Assembly: GCA_964535655.1 (NCBI GenBank)
Contig: CAZHTP010000003.1
Span: forward strand, 131,396 to 195,395
From: an uncultured Gammaproteobacteria bacterium
Lineage (GTDB): Bacteria > Patescibacteriota > Microgenomatia > JALYQM01
DNA length: 64,000 nt
Direction: 5' to 3'
Each line of letters begins with the position of its first letter. The stretch's first letter is position 1. This document shows, piece by piece, positions 60,778 to 64,000 of the stretch. The notes beneath the pieces were generated by a model. It saw nothing but the letters and a program-made list of their open reading frames with translations. It was not told where the DNA came from and did not search any database. Position numbers and translations under genes: made by a program.

Positions 60778-60808
60778 GCCGGCCGGATGAATTCCGGCCG
60801 GTTTTTTT
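60778..60808 (+). terminator. Intrinsic terminator after hsp20
   Basis: GCCGGCCGGA-tgaat-TCCGGCCGGT followed by TTTTTT. Confidence 0.9.
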
Positions 60809-60823
60809 AGTCTGCGTTTTATT

Positions 60824-61402
60824 TTAAGATATTTTAATATCTAAACTGCGGAGTAAGGATAGAGCTTCAGGAATGGTAAAGGTGGCTTTGGCAATTTTAT
60901 TTACCTTAAAGTCGATGGCATAATTTGACGCGTTGGTAAAATCTGCTTTGTTGAGATTAGTATTATGGAAGGTGCTCTTTTCTAAATTGGTGTGCTTAAA
61001 ACTCGCTTCGTGGAGATCGGCATTAGTGAAATCTGTTTCTATAATTGTTGAATTTTCAGCAATAAATTTCTGAGTTTTACATTCAAAAAAACTGCAATAG
61101 GAAAGTGTACAGTTATTGAATGAAAGATAGTCTAAACTATCTGCATCAGTGAAGACTATTCCGGTTAATTTAACGTTTGTCATTGTTGTATCGCGAAAGA
61201 CAGTATTGGGTAGCTTGCAGTTTAAAAACTGGCAGTTAGTGAACCTACAGGTATCCAGGCGGCAACGATGCATTGATGTTTCACTAAAAATACACTTATC
61301 GAAGGAACATTTTTCAAAGGTGACGTCATCATATTCTTCATTTTCAAGCTGGATATCTTTAAATTTAGTGTCGTAATATTCTGATTTATCGAAGAAATTC
61401 AT
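60824..61402 (-). CDS. Pentapeptide-repeat protein
   Basis: Runs such as DVTFE-KCSFD-KCIFS and TDFTN-ADLHE-ASFKH-TNLEK; terminal EALSLLRSLDIKI. Confidence 0.92.
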   Translation of the reverse strand: MNFFDKSEYYDTKFKDIQLENEEYDDVTFEKCSFDKCIFSETSMHRCRLDTCRFTNCQFLNCKLPNTVFRDTTMTNVKLTGIVFTDADSLDYLSFNNCTLSYCSFFECKTQKFIAENSTIIETDFTNADLHEASFKHTNLEKSTFHNTNLNKADFTNASNYAIDFKVNKIAKATFTIPEALSLLRSLDIKIS

Positions 61403-63090
61403 AAGGTATCTGCTCCCTCACCAATAATTTTTTCGTTTCTTGAGAAAAAGAACATTGTCGGATTGCGGATTTCATTTTCAAATCCAACAAATAATATTTT
61501 CCGACCTTGTTCAGTATTTTTTTGCACTGATGAAATATCTTTGGTGAAATAGAATTTCCCAAATTGGCTCGTAAAATTTAATCCGTTTTGGTCCGGTGTA
61601 TGATTGGTTACCGATTGTGACTGGAAGACTTGAGGATCATAACGCATAAACCACGCATAAAAAATGTACATTGGAGCTTTGGAACTTGAAACTATTATCT
61701 GATCGTACTTATTTTGACTCTCAAAAGCATACTGCACTTCATACTTAATACCATCATTCCATTTTTCTGCAACATAGTGTGGAGTAACTGTAAAATATTG
61801 GTTGTAAAAATACCCAACATTAATAAGCACGAGTACCGATGCAATGGGAATTAGTATGACTGACATTTTTCGTCGAGGGAATTTTTCTTGAAACCATTGG
61901 TAGGCCACAAGGCTTCCGTACGCTGCAATAATTACTAAAGGAATAACCATGTTTTGAGCTCGTGAGATGCTGGGAGTGAAAATGGTAAAGGCCGAAGCAA
62001 CTGGACTGATTAAGAGCCAGCTTAGAATTAACCATATCCAGGGTGGTCTATTTTTTATACATGCATACATGCCTATGAGTGTTACGGGAAGTAATATCAA
62101 TGGGAGAAAACCAATTCCAATAATCTGAAAGATTTCAAACACATCGCCAATAACAAAAAGAAAATTAAAATCAAAGTGTGAGAGATAGCGTTTTGCATAA
62201 TCCATAAAATAGAATAAGGGTTTATTATGCAGAAACTGAGTTATTTTAACGGGTTGGCATGAATCGGAACGAATAGCGTCAAATAGCCTGGCATCTACGC
62301 CCTTGTCATAAAAAATACTAATATATTTAGCTCGTTGCGTTACTTCGGGGGTTCGAATGGCTTTTAGAATGGGTAGACAAAAGATAAACGCGAGAACCAA
62401 ACTTAAGCAAATAGTTATGAGCGTGGCCCGAGACTGCAATTGTTTCATAATTTCTTTGCGATAGATACCAATTAGACTGAGTCCAAATAACGGAACGAAA
62501 ACCCGCGCGGAGTTATATGCATAGAGAGAAAGAGCGAATGAAGTTACAGCTAACACATAGTATCCGCGAGAAAAAGCGGAACCTATTTTGGCATGAATGG
62601 CTTTTAGAAAAAATACGGTACCAATAGTTATATAAAATAAGGCTGGAGTAAGTTCCCATGTTCCTCGTGAGACAAAAATGTGGGCTGGGGTTATTGCTAA
62701 AAATAAGGCCGCTAGTAAAGAAAGATAGTCGTTTTCTTTTTCCCTTCTTAGCTCACGCATGAGTAAATATACTGCGACAATTGTACCTGTACCATACAAA
62801 ACTCCTGGTAAACGTGCGGTCCATTCGGATGCTCCAAACAACGCAAATGAGCCGACAATTGAATAGAGCATGACTGGTAATTTGAAATCTCCGAAGGCCT
62901 CTGCGGTTATAGGTAAAAAGACTCCGTGTTCGTCTTTACCGGTTTTTAAAATAGAGTAGGCGTTATAGGCGTAGCTTGCTTCATCGGAATAAAATCCGGG
63001 AGGATTGGCCTGTAATTGGTGCACTCTTAAGAAAAACCCAAGACAAACAGTTGCGACAAGTGGGTATATTTTGTTTTTCATTCTTGCCAT
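61399..63090 (-). CDS. GT-C membrane glycosyltransferase (PMT/ArnT-like)
   Basis: YSDEASYAYNAYSILKTGKDEHG..AFGDFKLP, ITPAHIFVSRGTWE. Confidence 0.88.
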   Translation of the reverse strand: MARMKNKIYPLVATVCLGFFLRVHQLQANPPGFYSDEASYAYNAYSILKTGKDEHGVFLPITAEAFGDFKLPVMLYSIVGSFALFGASEWTARLPGVLYGTGTIVAVYLLMRELRREKENDYLSLLAALFLAITPAHIFVSRGTWELTPALFYITIGTVFFLKAIHAKIGSAFSRGYYVLAVTSFALSLYAYNSARVFVPLFGLSLIGIYRKEIMKQLQSRATLITICLSLVLAFIFCLPILKAIRTPEVTQRAKYISIFYDKGVDARLFDAIRSDSCQPVKITQFLHNKPLFYFMDYAKRYLSHFDFNFLFVIGDVFEIFQIIGIGFLPLILLPVTLIGMYACIKNRPPWIWLILSWLLISPVASAFTIFTPSISRAQNMVIPLVIIAAYGSLVAYQWFQEKFPRRKMSVILIPIASVLVLINVGYFYNQYFTVTPHYVAEKWNDGIKYEVQYAFESQNKYDQIIVSSSKAPMYIFYAWFMRYDPQVFQSQSVTNHTPDQNGLNFTSQFGKFYFTKDISSVQKNTEQGRKILFVGFENEIRNPTMFFFSRNEKIIGEGADTL

Positions 63091-64000
63091 TCTCCTATTT
63101 TGAACCCAATTGAGTTGTTACTCATTTTAAGTTCTTGCGGATATTTAAACTGGTCTGGAGTTCCTTTCCATCCATTAATAACGACTATATCGCCGTTTTG
63201 TGGTTTAATAGGTGCGCTTTCCGTATAAAATATGTATCTTGAGTCTTTCGTAAAATTATTTTGCGATGCATTAAAAAACCGAATATACTCCATAGTCTTA
63301 GGATCTGCTTCTATCAGTATTTTTTTCTTTGTACTGTAGTCTCTTGCAATTACTTCACCCAAGAGCGTTTGGTTTTCTGCCCAATCCCAGGAAGTTTTAT
63401 ATACATAATGTTTGTAATAAACGTGTAGGTACGTAACAAACGAGAAAGTAAAAAGAATTACCAATGTAAACTGGAGTCCAATAATACTTACTTTTTTATA
63501 TGCAACTATATGTCTGTTGAGCCAAATAATACTTTCAGTAATTCCTACTGCAGTAGCTATTGTTAACGGTACAAGAAGCGGTAAGGAACGGAGAGCATGA
63601 GGGACCGGTGTGGCAAGACCAGCGGGGAATGGTGCAACAACTAACCAGAGTAAGAGCAGTTTGCTTTGTTGTGTTTTTTCGCGAGCAAGAATTATTAGGC
63701 CAATTACCATAAAAGGCAGCTGCGATAAAAACATTTCACCAACTTCGCGCACTGAATGACGAACTACAATATCTCCTTCGAAGAATAAAAAGTTAGCAGA
63801 AAAATGGGTTAGATATTTTTGTAGGACTCCTAACAAGGCTCCTAAATAATACTGTTTATTCTCTAGCTCAAATACTTCTCTGACCCGTGCTGATTCATTC
63901 CCAAAAACCGAACCTAGCAAGGCTGACGCTATTATGATAAATAGTATGCCAAAACTGACTGAAACAATTCGTTTATTTTCCAATAAAGATAATTTCTTCC
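63078..64000 (-). CDS. GT-C membrane glycosyltransferase (partial; N-terminus beyond window end)
   Basis: Frame open to base 64000; YLTHFSANFLFFEGDIVVRH, APFPAGLATPVPHALRS match the C-terminal halves of the paralogs. Confidence 0.85.
   Translation of the reverse strand, partial: KKLSLLENKRIVSVSFGILFIIIASALLGSVFGNESARVREVFELENKQYYLGALLGVLQKYLTHFSANFLFFEGDIVVRHSVREVGEMFLSQLPFMVIGLIILAREKTQQSKLLLLWLVVAPFPAGLATPVPHALRSLPLLVPLTIATAVGITESIIWLNRHIVAYKKVSIIGLQFTLVILFTFSFVTYLHVYYKHYVYKTSWDWAENQTLLGEVIARDYSTKKKILIEADPKTMEYIRFFNASQNNFTKDSRYIFYTESAPIKPQNGDIVVINGWKGTPDQFKYPQELKMSNNSIGFKIGEWQE

Noticed and set aside
167-62035. Many 60-150 aa shadow ORFs, antisense or out of frame within long genes (e.g. 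18130..18591, 53519..53932)
   Set aside because: Nested in well-supported CDSs with no motifs; expected by chance.
1-64000. Stop-codon reassignment (code 25/15), CRISPR array, rRNA, IS elements, CIRCE upstream of hsp20
   Set aside because: Long ORFs are intact under code 11 and end in all three stops; no spaced direct repeats, rRNA-like tracts, transposase motifs or TTAGCACTC-N9-GAGTGCTAA were seen by eye.

Overview
AT-rich (roughly 35-40% GC by eye), gene-dense bacterial window using the standard code (TGA, TAG and TAA all terminate genes). Gene content and the near absence of Shine-Dalgarno sites suggest a Patescibacteria/CPR genome, probably Microgenomates-like (inference). Bases 1-25 kb hold a large surface-glycan locus: GT2 and GT4 glycosyltransferases, four SAM methyltransferases, a Wzx flippase, a GT2/GT-C-like fusion and a large FN3/CBM surface protein, ending at tRNA-Arg(CCT). 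Bases 25.7-38.4 kb and 61.4-64 kb hold an expanded set of seven GT-C (PMT/ArnT-like) membrane glycosyltransferases. Bases 38.4-61 kb are mostly small house-cleaning, stress and repair genes (Bcp, four Nudix, AlkA, Pif1-like helicase, aldo/keto reductase, VIT1, Hsp20). The standout feature is a 1708-aa alpha-2-macroglobulin with an intact GCVEQ thioester motif. Its bait region carries a 129-aa Hint (bacterial intein-like) domain, GGGGG|C...HN|Q, which suggests a self-cleaving, possibly self-activating thioester protein. Two other window-wide patterns are visible: many -10 boxes sit exactly 6 nt before the start codon (leaderless mRNAs), and several genes have collapsed by internal deletion while keeping both termini. 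No CRISPR array, rRNA, transposase or integrase was seen.
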